Assembly (NCBI RefSeq): GCF_004010195.1
Contig: NC_057750.1
Span: 11,383,122-11,447,121, forward strand
Length of the DNA stretch: 64,000 nucleotides
Source of the DNA: Chiloscyllium plagiosum
Taxonomy: Eukaryota
Direction: 5' to 3'
The notes beneath the pieces were generated by a model. It was not told where the DNA came from, did no database searches, and worked only from the letters and a program-made list of their open reading frames with translations. Positions 23,735 to 37,522 of the stretch are shown piece after piece; the stretch's first letter is position 1; the number at the start of each line of letters is the position of its first letter. The translations under genes and the position numbers were made by a program.

Positions 23735-26700
23735 GAACTTTCAAAAGTTGATTGGGGGCGAATGTTGGCAGGGAAAGGGACAGTTGGAAAATGGGAAGCC
23801 TTGAAAAATTAGATAATGAGTCCAGAGACAGTATATTCCTGTTAGGGTGCAGGGCAAGGCTTGTAGATATAGGGAATGCTGGATGACTAGAGAAATTGGG
23901 GTTTTTGTCAAGAATAAGAAGGAAGCGTACGTCAGAAATAGACAGCAGAGATTGAGTGAATCCCTAGAAGTGTATAAAGGCAGTAGGAGTATACGTACAA
24001 GGAAATCAGGAGAGCAAAAAGGGGACATGAGATAGCTTTACCAAATGTGGTTAAGGAGAATCCAAAGGCATTCTATAATTACATTAAGGACAACTAGGGA
24101 GACAAAAGGGCCCCTTAAGAATCTCCTCCTACCTCGACACGGTCCTGTCCCCATTAGTCCAAGAACTCCCCAATGTCCATATTACAGAGGAGGTGGTGTT
24201 GGATGTCTTAAAATGCAGAGATGTGGATAAATCCCGGGATCCATTCAGGAGAACCCTAGAACTCTGTGGGAAGCTAGACCCCTTGCTGAGATATTTGTAT
24301 CATTGATAGCCACAGGTGAGGTGCCAGAAGACTGGAGATTGTCTAATATTGTGCCACTATTTGAAAAAGATGGTAAGGAAAAGCCAGGGAACTATAGACC
24401 GGTAAGCCTGACATCGGTGGTGGGCAAGTTATTGGAGGGAATCCTGAGGACAGGATTTACATGAACGTGGAAAGGAAAGGACTGTTTAAGGAGAGCCAGT
24501 ATGATTCTGTGCATGGGATATCATGCCTCACTGACTTAATTGAGTTTATTAAAGAAGTAACGAACAGGATTGATGAGGGCAGAGTGGTGGACATGATCTA
24601 TATGGACTACAGTAAGGTGTTCCTCATGGTAGACTGACGAGCAAGATTAGATCATTTAGAATACATGGAGAACTAGACATTTGGATACAAAATTGGCTCA
24701 ATGGTAGAAGACCCAGGGCGGTGGTGGAGGGTTGTTTTTCAGACTGGAGACCTGTGCTACAATGATCGGTGCTGGGTTCACTGCTTTTTGTCATTTATAT
24801 AAATGATTTGGATGTGAACATTGGAGGTACAGTTAGTAAGTTTGCAGGTGACACCAAAATTGGAGGTGTAGTGGACAGCGAAGAAGATTACAATGGGTTC
24901 TTGATTAGATGGGCCAATGGGCTGAGGAGAGACAGATGGAGTTTAACTAAGATAAATGTGAGGTGCTGCATTTGGAAAGGCAAATCAGAGCACTTCTACA
25001 TTTAATGATAAGGTCCTGGGAAGTGATGCTGAATAAAGAGACCTTGGAGTGCAGGTTCATAGTTCATTGAAAGTAGAATTGCATGTAGAAGGCATTTGGT
25101 AAGCTTGCCTTCATTGGTCAGTGCACTGAGTATAGGAGTTGGGATGACATGTTGTAGCTGTATAGGTCATTGTTTAGGCCACTTTTGGAATATTGCTGGC
25201 AATTCTGGTCTCCCTGCTCTAGGAATAATGTCGTGCGGTAAAGACAAGCCAGGGAACTATAGACTGGTGAGCCTGATCTCGGCGGTGGGCAAGTTGTTGG
25301 AGGGAATCCTGAGGGACAGGATGTACATGTATTTGGAAAGGCAAGGACTGATTCGGGATAGTCAACATGGCTTTGTGCGTGGGAAATCATGTCTCACAAA
25401 CTTGATTGAGTTTTTNNNNNNNNNNNNNNNNNNNNNNNNNNNNNNNNNNNNNNNNNNNNNNNNNNNNNNNNNNNNNNNNNNNNNNNNNNNNNNNNNNNNN
25501 NNNNNNNNNNNNNNNNNNNNNNNNNNNNNNNNNNNNNNNNNNNNNNNNNNNNNNNNNNNNNNNNNNNNNNNNNNNNNNNNNNNNNNNNNNNNNNNNNNNN
25601 NNNNNNNNNNNNNNNNNNNNNNNNNNNNNNNNNNNNNNNNNNNNNNNNNNNNNNNNNNNNNNNNNNNNNNNNNNNNNNNNNNNNNNNNNNNNNNNNNNNN
25701 NNNNNNNNNNNNNNNNNNNNNNNNNNNNNNNNNNNNNNNNNAGGTCATGTTGCGGCTGTACAGGACATTGGTTAGGTCACTCTTGGAATATTGCATGCAA
25801 TTCTGGTCTCCTTCCTATCGGAAAGATGTTGTGAAAGTTGAAAGGGTTCAGAAAAGATTTACAAGGATGTTGCCAGGGTTGGAAGATTTGAGCTACAGGG
25901 AGAGGATGAACAGGGGCTGTTTTCCCTGGAGTGTCGGAGGCTGAGGGGTGACCTTATCGAGGTTTACCTTGGGGTCAGGGAGTCCAGAACTAGAGGATAT
26001 AGGTTTAGTTTGAGAGGGGAAAGATATGAAAGATATGCAGAAGGTGGTACGTGTATGGAGTGAACTGACAGAGGAAGTGGTGGAGGCTGGTACAATTGCA
26101 ACATTTAAGAGGCATTTGGATGGGTATATGAATATGAAGGGTTTGGAGGGATATGGGTCGGGTGCTGGCAGGTGGGACTAGATTGGGTTGGGATATCTGG
26201 TCGGCATGGACAGGCTGGACCGAAGGGTCTGTTTCCATACTGTACATCTGTGATTCTATGATTCTAAAACTTGAAAGGGTTTAGAAAAGATTCAGAAGGA
26301 TGTTGTTAGGATCGGAGGGTTTGCGTTAAAGGTAGGGGCTGAATAGGCTGGGGCTATTTTCCTTGGAGTATGAGAAGCTGAGGGGCGACCTTATAGACAC
26401 TTATAAAATGATGAGGGGTGTGGAAAGGGTGAATAGCCAAGGTCTTTTCCTTGGTGTGGGGAGTCCAGAACTAGAGGTCGTAGGTTTAAAGTGAGAGGAG
26501 AAAGATTTAAAAGGGATCTAAGAGGCAACTCTTTTATGCAGAGGGTGATGCATGTCTGGAATGAGCTGTCAGAGGAAGTGGTAGAGGCTGGTACAATAAC
26601 AAAACTTAAAAGACATCTTGATATATATGAATAGGAAGTGTTTAGAGGGATATGGGCCAAGTGCTGGCAAATGGGACTAGATTAATTACGATATCTGGTC

Positions 26701-26760
26701 AGCATGGACGAGTTGGACCGAAGGGTCTGTTTCTGTGCTGTAGAATTTTAAGACTCTGTG
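23735..26760 (+). mobile_element. Long CR1 (HER1-like) LINE with a younger CR1 nested at about 25233-26266
   Basis: ORF 24769..25005 LGSLLFVIYINDLD..SKFAGDTKIGG; the host reads ..aatgtcgtg|aaaacttgaaagggt across the nested copy, which restarts at KDKPGNYRLVSL. Confidence 0.85.
25416..25741. other. Assembly gap (326 N) inside the nested CR1
   Basis: Run of N; a second 4-N gap lies at 50190-50193, also inside a CR1. Confidence 1.
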
Positions 26761-27915
26761 ACTCTTAAGTCAGAAGGCACCGTGAGCAAAATGTTAATTT
26801 CTGTGGTCAGATTGAATCTTGAGCTTGTTGTCCAAATCTGAAAGAAAGAAACTTTCACAACTTTTGCACAACCCCAAACTGCTTTTTGGCCAATAAATAC
26901 TTTTGAGGGATAGTCACCTTTGTCATGTAGAAAACACAGCTGAACCTTTGCACAGCAAGCTCCCACAAACAGCAATGTGATAATAACTACATAATCGTTA
27001 TTGTAATCTTGGTTGAGGGATGAACATTGACCAGAGAAAACTGCCATGTTTTTCTCAAAAGATTGCCTCACGATTTCTTGTGTCTACTTGAGAGGGCAGT
27101 TGGATACTAAGCTTAATGTCACATCTGAAAGACCATATCCTGGCAACAGTGTAGTATTCCATGCAGTGCTGGAGTTCCAGCATCAAATTTGTCCTCCAGT
27201 CTCTAGAGTGTAGCTTGAATCTTCTGATGTAGAGACTTTTGGGATGGCTATGCTCCATGCCAAGTGGAGGGGGCAGGTTTACGACCGGGTAATTGAGATT
27301 CAGGGTCTGGAGCTCCTTCCAGAAGTGAAACTGTCATTGTAAATCTGATGGTGAGAAGTACTGGTCAGAGGCACTGAAGGTCATCAATCTATTGGGCTGG
27401 TACAAACCAAAGATCAACATCCCATCTATTATGTGTGCACAGGTGTGTGGACTAGCCATTCATCCCAGTTATTGAGTCTGAGTAATGCTGAAGTCATTGA
27501 TGACTCATTCTCAGTCAAGTGTTGCCCCACAGACATTAGCTTAACCTTTAGCTGTTGGTTTGCAAGTTCACACATCAGTCTGACAACCACACCAGTCTAC
27601 ATGTGGAATGGAACAGTGAATGGACTCTATCGGTTTCAATCATGAAATAAACAATTTCCTACAGCATTGATATCGCACTCAATGCAATGTAAAACTCTGT
27701 ACACCGTCCCATTAAATACCTCAAGGGTAGATAGGGCACAGGTTAAATACAGAGCAAAGCTCCCTCTACATTTTACTGTCCCATTAAAGTGCTTACTGTG
27801 ATATTTTTCTAAATCATTGAGGTGCTGGAGTGCATCTCAGTCTGGTAATATTACATTCTTTCACAAGACGTGTGAGATGGAAACCTTTTAATAAAATTCT
27901 TGTGTTTATCTTTAG

Positions 27916-27973
27916 GCAAGACACAAACAGACTGGGAATCTGGCTGCAGTAAAGCTCATCAAAATGGAACCCG
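27916..27973 (+). CDS. MAP4K1: MAP4K (GCK-I family) kinase, coding exon 2 (ARHKQTGNLAAVKLIKMEP-; contains the catalytic VAIK-type lysine)
   Basis: Acceptor tttatctttag|GCA, donor CCG|gtaaga; 58 nt, phase 0 to 1; translation matches kinase subdomain II of MAP4K1/2/3/5. Paralog call is tentative. Confidence 0.9.
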
Positions 27974-28312
27974 GTAAGAATTTTGACTCAAGCATTGACA
28001 CAGCAATTCCTTGTCTCTCAGACAGAATCCAGTAGATGTTCCAACAAATGACAAACTCGTGGGCTCAGGGAACAGCTCAATTTCCAAATCAGCATAATGT
28101 CTGTTGACTTATCCCATCCGGCTGAACATCAACTGCACTGATCATTTTGTGATCACTGACCTAATTTGTTTCCTGATCCTGGATTGTTTTGATTTTAAGT
28201 TCTCACCTTTGCTTTAAAATCACTCTGTGGTCTTACTCCTCCCAATCTCTGTAACCTGCTGTATCTTTACAACCCTCCAAATATCTGCACTCTTCCAATT
28301 CTGGTCTCATAC

Positions 28313-29987
28313 ATAGACAATAGACAGTAGGTGCAGGAGTAGGCCATTTTGCCCTTCGAGCCAGCACCACCGTTCATTATGATCATGGCTGATCATCCTC
28401 AATCAGTATCCTGTTGCTGCCTTATCCCCATAATCCTTGATTCCACTATCTTTAAGAGCTCTATCCAACTCTTTCTTGAAAGTATCCAGAGACTTGGCCT
28501 CCACAGCCTTCTGGGGCAGAGCATTCCATACACCCACCGCTCTCTGGGTGAAGAAGTTTCTCCTCAACTCTGTTCTAAGTGGCCTACCCCTTATTTTTAA
28601 ACTGTGTCCTCTGGTTCGGGACTCACTCTTCAGTGGAAACATGCTTCCTGCCTCCAGAGTGTCCAATCCTTTAATAATCTTAAACGTCTCAATCAGATCC
28701 CCTCTCAGCCTTCTAAAATCACGCGTATACAAGCCTGTTACAACTAAACCTGTTGGACTATAACCTGGTGTTGTGTGATTTTTAACTTTGTACACCCCAG
28801 TCCAACACTGGCATCTCCAAATCATGTATACAAGCCCAGTCGCTCCAATCTTTCAGCATAAGATAGTCCCGCCATTCCAGGAATTGACCTCGTGAACCTA
28901 TGCTGCACTCCCTCAATAGCCAGGATGTCTTTCCTCAAATTTGGAGACCAAAACTGCATGCACTACACTGGGTGCGGTCTCACCAGAGCCCTGTATAGCT
29001 GCAAAAGGACTTCTTTGCTTCTATACTCAATTCCTCTTGTTATGAAGGCCAGCATGCTATTAGCTTTCTTCACTGCCTGCAGTACCTGCATGCTTGCTTT
29101 CATTGACTGATGTACAGGAACACCTAAATCTCGTCGTACTGCCCCTTTACCTAACTTGACTCCATTTAGGTAATGATCTACCTTCCTGTTCTTGCTACCA
29201 AAGTGGATAACCATATATTTATCCACATTAAACTTCATCTGCCATGCATCCGTCCACTCACCTAACCTGTCCAGGTCACCCTGTATTCTCCTAACATCCT
29301 CCTCACATTTCACCCTGCCACCCAGCTTTGTGTCATCAGCAAATTTACTAATATTACTTTTAATACCTTCATCTATATCATTAATGTACATTATAAAAAG
29401 CTGTGGTCCCAGCACTGATCCCTGCGGCACACCACTGGTCACCATCTGCCATTCTGAAAGGGAGCCGTTTATCACTACTCTTTGTTGCCTGTCAGCCAAA
29501 CAATTTTCAATCCATGTCAGTATTTTGTCCCTAATACCATGTGCCCTAATTTTGCTTTCTACCCTCCAATGTGGGACTATCAAAGGCTTTCTGAAAGTCC
29601 AGGTATACTACATCCACTGGATCTCCCTTGTCCATCTTCAGAGTTACATCCTCAAAAAATTCCAGAAGATTAGTCAAGCATGATTTCCCCATCATAAATC
29701 CATGCTGACTCTGACCTATCCTGTTACTGCTATCCAGATATCGTAATTTCGTCCTTTATAATTGACTCCAGCATTTTTCCCACCACTGAGGTCAGACTAA
29801 CTGGTCTATAATTCTCTGTTTTCTCTCTCCCTCCTTTCTTAAACAGTGGGAGAACATTAGCCACCTTCCAATCTGCAGGAACTATAGAACATTGGAAAAT
29901 GATCACCAATGCATCCACGATTTTTAGAGCCACCTCCTTCAGTACCCTGGGATGCAGACCATCAGGCCCCAGGGACTTATCAGCCTA
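28313..29987 (-). mobile_element. Relatively young CR1 LINE (RT domain to 3' end)
   Basis: ORF 28963..29583 VTSGVPQGSVLGPQLF..YIND..SKFADDTKLGG; ORF 29730..29933 WKVANVLPLFKKG..NYRPVSLTS. Confidence 0.92.
28736..28825 (+). mobile_element. Short PLE-type terminal repeat fragment inserted in CR1, 11-bp TSD
   Basis: gtatacaagcc at 28725-28735 and 28826-28836; near-identical to the 3' part of the 37406-37522 insertion. Confidence 0.8.
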
Positions 29988-30409
29988 TATACATATCCTT
30001 GATTTTAATCACTTCTCTCCACAATTTCTTGAGCCACTGACTCACTCTGTTTGGTCTTAGGCTTCCATTCTTCTGCCCCTTTATGCTGTAAGGAAAACTG
30101 CTGACTTTACATAATACTGCACAATGCTGACTGGTGTCCACCATCTTTCAGTAATCATGAACTGGGTGCAACAAAATTCTCATCTACTCCTGATATTATC
30201 CCAAGGGTAGGGCTTTTTGAAAAAAACTGCTTTGTGCAAGTGCATATTCATAGCATGCAAATGTATTTTAAGTACAAACCTGTCACAGGCTGGTGAAATG
30301 CTCATCATGCTGGAGACACCTCTACATCTCATAACACAATCAGGAAACTTAAATTTCATACCCCATATTCCATGCTTCCTGCTGTTGTAAATTCCATAAT
30401 ATCTCCCCT

Positions 30410-31760
30410 ATTGTGTGTGTGATAGGATGAAACTGTGTGGGTTACAGTGAAGACCATGCCATGGGATGCAGTGACACAATGCATAGGATATGATTACACT
30501 GTGTGCGAGATATGATAGCACAGTGATTCTTTTATATTCATTTGTGGGCGTCACCGGCTGGTCAGCATTTAATGCCGATCCCTAGTTGCCCTTGAGAAGG
30601 TGATGGTGAGGTGGCTCCTTGATCTGCTGTGGGTTGACACATAATGCCATTAGGGAAGGAAATCCAGGATTTTGACCCAGCCACCGTGAAGGACTTTTCC
30701 AAGTCAGGACAGTGAGGGGGATGGGGGGGTGGTGGCGAACTGGCAGGTGGTGGGGTTCCAGTGTACCTGCTGCCCTTGTCCTTTTGGATGGAAGTGGTTG
30801 TGGGTTTGAAAAGTGCTATCTGAGGATCTTGGGTGAATTCTTGTAGTGCCTGTTTAGATAGTACACACTGCTGCTACTGAGTGTCGGTGGTGAACGGAGT
30901 GGATGCTTGTAGATGTGGTGCCAATCGAATGGGCTGCTTTGTCCTGGACGGTGACAAGCTTTTTCAGTGTTGTTGGAGCTGCACCCACCCAGGCAATTAG
31001 GGAGTATTCCATCACACTCATGACTTGTAGATGATGGACAGGCTTTGGGGATTTCAGCGATGAGTTACTTGCTGCAATATTCCAAGCCTCTGACCTGCTT
31101 TTGTAGCCACTATGTTTATTTGGTGAGTCTAGTGAGTTTCTGGTTGATGGTTACCATGAGAATGTTGATAGTGGGGATTCAGTGATTGTAACACCATTAA
31201 ATGTCAAGGGGCGGTGATTAGATTGTCTCTTATTGCTGATGGTCGTAGCCTGGCATTTGTGTGGCCCGAATGCTACTCACAATTTGTCAGCCCAAGCCTG
31301 GATATTGACCAGACCTTGTTGCATTTGAATATGGACTGCTTCAGTATCTAAGGAGTCGCAAGTGGTGCTGAATGTTGTGCAATTATCAGTGAACATCCCA
31401 TTTATGATGGAGGGAAGGTGAATGATGAAGCAGTTGAAGATAGTTGGGCCCAGAATACTACCCTGGGAACACCTGAGGATAATGTACAGTGGCACATTGT
31501 GTGGGATATAATAACATTGGGTATGGGTTACAGTGGTGCAGGGTATGGGAAACATTAGAACTGCATGGATTACAATAGCACTCTGCATTGGTTACCATGG
31601 TTTACAATGGCACTGTGCATGGGATCCAGTACCACTGTACATATGACATAACAACATTGTGTGTAAGGTAAGGTAACGTTGTGTGGGTTACAATGACTGT
31701 GGACACAATACAGAGTGTGTGGGTTACAATGGCAGAGTGTATAGGATAAGATTAATCTGT
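30410..31760. repeat. Degenerate 20-24 bp minisatellite (about TACAATGGCACTGTGTGTGGGT) split by a LINE
   Basis: Units visible at about 30410-30525 and 31480-31760, on both sides of the LINE. Confidence 0.6.
30535..31478 (-). mobile_element. CR1/L2-group LINE 3' portion
   Basis: ORF 31277..31588 QGSILGPTIFNCFI..FTDNCT..MQQGLVNIQAWADK; 3' tail matches the split host at 5290-8772. Confidence 0.8.
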
Positions 31761-32329
31761 GTACAATCAGGCTAACTTGTGAGATAAACAGATGTCACGG
31801 ACTCAATGTCCTTCTATGTCACTGACATTTTAAAAGTTTTTTTATTGATTATTCTTTTAGAATTAGAGCTGAGTACTTTTTAATATTTGGATTGTTTTCA
31901 AATTCTCAGTCGAGTCTGTTACTTTCACTATGATACAAGTTTCACAGGCACCAGTCACATTTCAATTCTCCGACCCAAGTTGGGAATTTTAGTTATTAAC
32001 TGAAGACAGTATAGAATCAAGGGGCTGTTTTATCACATGGGGCATCACAGTTCAACCTAAACTTTTCCTTAGCTGAATTCCACATCCAATTATGGTCAGT
32101 GGACAGTAATCAGGAAAAATGCATACCTGGTTAGGTCTCTCATTTTCTAATCCTGAGTGATTGAAATGTATTGCAGCAAATCCTTACCCCGGTCCAATTC
32201 TGTACAAACTAACAATTGGCTTGGAGTCTACTTAAATGAGATTTGTTGTTGTCCAGGCAACTTTTAGGCCAGTTTACATCATTTTTGTCTGTTATTCATG
32301 ATTTATATCTAGAACACTGTGGCTATCTT

Positions 32330-32367
32330 TATCTTCATCTGTCTCTCTCTCTCTCTCTCTCTCTCCA

Positions 32368-32402
<35 letters not shown>

Positions 32403-32950
32403 TTCCAACTGTCTTCTCATTCTGTTCAGCTATTACTCTTTCTCTGTAGCTATGATTCCTGCTCTGTGTATGTCTCAGTCCATCTCATTAACATTTCACT
32501 CCATTAAGGGTGCAGTATAACTGCAAGTTGCAGTTCTGTCTCTCTCTGTCTCTGTTGGCACTTCTATCTGTATCTCACTCATTGTGTTTTCCATTCTGTT
32601 GCCGTCTGTCACTGTCTTTTATTACCTCAGTGATACTTTTGCCATTGTTTGTGTGTGTGTGTGTGAGAGAGAGAGAGACATGTCTGTATGTGTATGTATC
32701 TCTCCTGCTGTCAAAACCTTTGTTTCTGTCTGTATATTTCTATATATTGCTCTTTATATGTGTCCATCTTAATGTGTAGATCTGTGCATCTGTGTCTAGT
32801 TTTCTTTTTCTCTCTCTCTCTCTGACTTTGCATGTCTTTCTCATCTATGTACCTGTTTCTCTCTCTCTCTTCTCTCCCCCCCCAAGCCTGTGCAAAACTT
32901 TTAAAATATTTCGGCACATCATAGTCACTGTGTGTCTGTCTCTCATGTCC
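32330..32950. repeat. (TC)n, (TG)n and (AG)n microsatellites and pyrimidine-rich low-complexity tract
   Basis: (TC)n at 32342-32400 and (TG)n(AG)n at about 32650-32678, directly visible. Confidence 0.9.
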
Positions 32951-35099
32951 ACTGACTCTTCATGCCACTGACCCTCAGTTCCCATGATCTGACTCAAAGC
33001 AATGTCTCTGGTGTGAATATTCTTGAGAGTAATTATTTGGCTGTGTTTTGAAGTGGTTTCTTGTGAGCCCTGTTTCAAAGCTTTAATCAATTTGCATGTG
33101 ATGGTGCACTGAAAAGTAGAAATCACTTCCAGGAAATCTTACCCCCGGTGCTGTTTAACAATGAGATAAGATTATCGGTAAACAGGGCACCAGAATTCAG
33201 CAAAAAATAACCCACCAAAGGATTCTTGTATTTCATGTTAATAATGTAAGTGATTGCAAATCTCAGATGAGAAAACTGGCTTCAACAAATATGAAATTAT
33301 TGATTCTGCTCCTTGTCAGTTTGCCTCAGGACTCTTGAGGGGAGGGAAAGGGAGGGGCACTTACTGTAATTTCTGATTATAATCCATAGATTTTGAGATG
33401 ATCTGACAGAATAAGAAGTTTTTTTATACATTTGTTCAGGGGGTAAGGACATCACTGGCTGGATCAGCATTCATTGCCCATCCTGATTATTCTCGAAGGT
33501 GATAAATAGTAAGCTGCCATGAATCACCATAATCCACATCTAAAGATGATTGGAACAAAGCAAATTTCTTCATAAAAATATAAATGTCTCTTCAATAAGA
33601 AGATTGCGCTTTCCTCAGCAAGACTGAAGCATAAACCGGATAACTCCAGGAGTCTTCCAGTGATATCAGTCACTGATGGACATTCATCTAATTGGGAATT
33701 CCCATGAAAGCATAAACCTTTTTGGGCCAATTCATTCTGATCCTTCCCTCCATTTGCAATTTCTATTTTTCAGCATCCTGCGATTAGTTTTGATTTTATT
33801 TTGATATATCGTAACAGGAAGAGTAGGAGAAGGAGTAGATCACTTTTTTTAAAGTTCGTTCATGGCATATGAGTGTTGCTGGCAAGCTCAATGCTTATTC
33901 ATTCCTAATTGCCTTTGAGAAGGTAGTGGTGGACTGCTTTCTTGAAGATGCACTTACATACATTGTAAGGAGGAGAGTTTCAGGATTTTGAACTAGGGAT
34001 AGTGAAGGAGTGGCAATATCGTTGCAAGTCAGAAATATGGTTCATTTAGATCCAGCTCATTTTGATCCCTACCTCTGCATTTGCTGCTATCGGAATGCAA
34101 TTGTTGTTGTTGTACACACAGCAATTCAGTTATGTTTTGAAGGAGTTCATGCTCTTTCACAAAATGTGAGAACAGAACTTCACACCTATCATTCCGAAAA
34201 AAAACGAGAGCAGATGTGAGATGAATATAAAAATGAAAGACTGTGGAGGACTGTGTAAGGAATCTGAAAGGCCTGACTACTAATCTGACAGTCTGTTGAG
34301 TTTCTGGTTTCTGTATTTTCATGCTATTCTCCCAATAAGAATATTATGATTAACGTTCTGACAGGGCGCGATGTAAATAATACTTTCACACCTATAACAA
34401 GCCTGACAAATATTTTTCCCTCTAACTTAAGACTGTTTTATGGTCTTCCAGAATTCCCATATGTAGGTGGGGGCAAGCGGGGTGGAATGGAAAAAGATGC
34501 TGACACCCATCCATTGAATTTCAAAGGAGCTTTGAATTACCCGAAGTGTAGGTCAGCACTGTAACTTCTACCTCATAGGTCGGAGCCACTGAAAAACTTG
34601 TTATAGCAAAAAATATATCATTTGAAATTGTCTACAAGGCAGCAGGCAGAATCAGATCAGCTATGATCTTACTGATTGATGCATCAGGGTTGAGGAGCAG
34701 AGTGATCTAATCCTTCTCCTACTCTTCCTGTTACGGCATATCAAAATAAAATCAAAACTATCGCAGGATGCTGAAAAATAGAAATTGCAAATGGAGCATT
34801 CCCCATATTCCCTGTAATCCTCTGGCTACATCTAAGTACCCCGATCATGGTGAGCTCCTTCACAAACTTGTTTTTTAAATTCTTGTGTGGGATGGGATAT
34901 TTCTGACAAGGCCTGGTTGTCCTTGAATTGATTGTCTCTGTCGACCATTTCGGAGGGTATTAGGAGTCAACCATATTGCGTTAGGTCTGGAGTCATATGT
35001 ACACCAGACCAAGTAAGGACAGTAGATTTTCTTCCCTGAAGGGTATTAGTAAACTGTTTTTACAAGAATTATTACATGATCACAAATAAACTAGCTTTT

Positions 35100-35425
35100 G
35101 GGGTGGCACAGTGGCTCAGTGGTTAGCAATGCTGCCTCACAGCACCAAGTTCCCAGGTTCAATTCCAGCCTCGGACAACCGTCTGTGTGGAGTTTGCACA
35201 TTCTCCCAGTGTCTGTGAGATTTCCTCTGGGTGTTCTGGTTTCCTCCCACAATCCAAAGATGTGCAGGTCAAGTGAATTGACCATGCTAAATTGCCCATA
35301 ATGTTAGGTGCATTAGTCAGAGGGAAATGGGTCTGGGTGGATTACTCTTCGGAGGGTCGGTGTGGACTGGTTGGGCCGAAGGGCCGGTTTCCACACTGTA
35401 GGGAATCTAATATAATCTAATCTAA
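35100..35425 (+). mobile_element. Full-length HE1-like V-SINE
   Basis: A box TGGCTCAGTGG, B box GGTTCAATTCC, V-domain gtgtggagtttgcacattctccc, CR1-like tail and (AATCT)n. Confidence 0.9.
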
Positions 35426-36837
35426 TTCCAGATTTAACAGAGAATTCAGATTTCAACATCGACTATGGTAGAATTCAAACCCATGCTCCTACATCATTGT
35501 AACCTGGGTTTCTGGATTACTGGTCCAGTGAAATTACCACTAGCTCACTATGCCACCACCTCCCCTGAATCCGAACATTCTAAACTTGATCATTTCCAAG
35601 TGGCTTTGTTTGGACCACACAACATGAAAAAGGGGAAGAATCTGAGAAGGTCAGCACTGAAATAAACAGTGCTGCCAGAGCTGTTCATTGGATTCTGAGA
35701 GGGTACAGTAAAAGGATGAGAGCACATTTATCAGAGGCGCTCATATAAATCCAACCAGTGTACTGTGTGCAATTCTGCGCACTGGTAGGCCATGTCCAAC
35801 GGCTGAGCTAGACTGGTTTAAAACAGGGAAGTGTAATTAGAATATATCCATCTCACAAGAGGCCAAGGTTTAATTGATCAAATGGCTTCTTTTTATATTG
35901 TAAGTTCCAGAATTCTAAATCTCAGAGGTGGAAGGTCAGTGTTTAATCCAGTGTCCGAGGTTAAATGCACAAGAAAATCTTTTTGCAAGAAGGGAAAATT
36001 TGGGGGCCCGTATTCACAGTTTGATCGGCAGAGAATGGCTGAGGTCTCCACCCATTGAGATAAAATTTGCTGTACAAAAAGGCAATGCTAATGAGTTTTG
36101 CATGTGAGAAACAGTACTGCTTTCATGTGGTCAGGCTGCTTCCTGGTTGCTATGGCAGCTTAAAGGCCTACTTTCTCTGTGTGCATCCGCCGCATGTGGG
36201 CAGAGGCCTGTGGTGGGTTGCAGCCCAGCCTGAAGCTTTGCAAGTGCAGCAGGCTGCCGTCACTGCGCCTCCAGGGATGCAGCAAGATGCTGACAGTCAG
36301 GTGGAGGAATTCCTTTTCCACAAGCTATCAGCTCCCTCAGGTTCAGTGGAAGAGATGGAAGAAATAAGAAAATCCTCTTTGTACATGAGAAATAATGTAG
36401 GTCAGAGAGCAAGGAATTTGGAAGGGGAAGGTGAAGGGATGAGATGAGTCAGGTACACAGCATGAGTGCAGAATCAGAAGCTTTTTCTGCACATTCACTG
36501 TATCTCACTCACTTCACTTTGTTAATCAACTTCAAAGTTTCCAACCAATTAAGGTATCAATTATTAGCTTCAAGATGAGGCTTAAAAATATTAAACACTG
36601 ACAATTGGTCCTGAGCAGACTGGAGTCTGGTGCATGGCTGTGAGGAAAAGGTGCTAATTTGTTTTCTTTCCTTCATTTAAAGTATTAATTTTTGTGTATA
36701 TCCAGGTCATTGTAGTTGTTTATGCATCATGGGAGTCATTCAATGATCAATAAACTGCTTGTAAATTTTAGATTTCCAAGAAGCAAAAACTCCAAGATAA
36801 AATGCCTGATTTTCTTTGTTATTGTGTTTCACCTATT

Positions 36838-37163
36838 GGAGCGGCACAGTGGCTCAGTGGTTAGCACTGCTGCCTCACAGTGCCAGGGACCCAGGTTCGA
36901 TCCCAGCCTCGGGTGACTGTCTGTGTGGAGTTTGCACATTCTCTGTGTCTAAATGGGTTTCCTCCAGGTGCTCCGGTTTCCTCCCACAGTCCAAAAATGT
37001 GCAGTTCAGGTGAACTGGCCATGCTAAATTGCCCGTAGTGTTAAGTGCATTAGTTAGGGTAATGTGGAGAATGGGTCTGGGTGAGTTACTCTTCAGAGGG
37101 TCAGTGTGGACTTGTTGGGCTGAAGGGCCTGTTTCCATACTGTAGGGAATCTAATCTAATCTA
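36838..37163 (+). mobile_element. Full-length HE1-like V-SINE
   Basis: A box TGGCTCAGTGG, B box GGTTCGATCCC, V-domain and (AATCT)n tail. Confidence 0.9.
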
Positions 37164-37405
37164 ACCTGTGTGACATCTCAAATGTGAGGTCTGGAGTGTG
37201 ACATCTCAGGTGTGATGTCTATGCAATGCTTGTGTTATGATCAGTCACCCAATTTCTCAATGATCCTGGATGGGATATTCCCAAATGGTTATATTCCTGA
37301 TGAACAGGGATGAACTGGCTCTTTTTCTTAATTCAAGCCTTTCTTTTGTTGTTCACAACAAGGTTAATTTGAGAATTCCTTCTCTCTTGGATACCATTTC
37401 CATAA

Positions 37406-37522
37406 GGAAGGAGCAGCGCTCCGAAAGCTAGTGCTTCCAAATAAACCTGTTGGACTATAACCTGGTGTTGTGATTTTTAACTTTGTACACTCCAGTCCAA
37501 CACTGGCACCTCCAAGTCATAT
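37406..37522 (+). mobile_element. Short PLE-type terminal repeat insertion with 9-bp TSD and a partial hammerhead
   Basis: tttccataa at 37397-37405 and 37523-37531; begins GGAA-GGAGC AGC GCTCC-GAAAGCTA (stem II, GAAA, palindromic AGCT), lacking the CUGA half of the core. Confidence 0.7.

Noticed and set aside
25096..25944. Long ORFs of 282, 144 and 142 aa spanning this region
   Set aside because: Artefacts of reading through the N gap across CR1 fragments.
31480..31760. CRISPR-like periodicity
   Set aside because: Degenerate tandem units without conserved repeats or unique spacers, no cas genes, vertebrate intron context.
35100..35175. tRNA gene-like A/B boxes (also at 36838, 54165, 62826)
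   Set aside because: These are SINE heads continuing into the V-domain and LINE-derived tail, not stand-alone tRNA genes.
36067..36447. 126-aa ORF as a nested gene or extra kinase exon
   Set aside because: Non-ATG start, no recognisable domain, and the kinase exons already join in frame without it.
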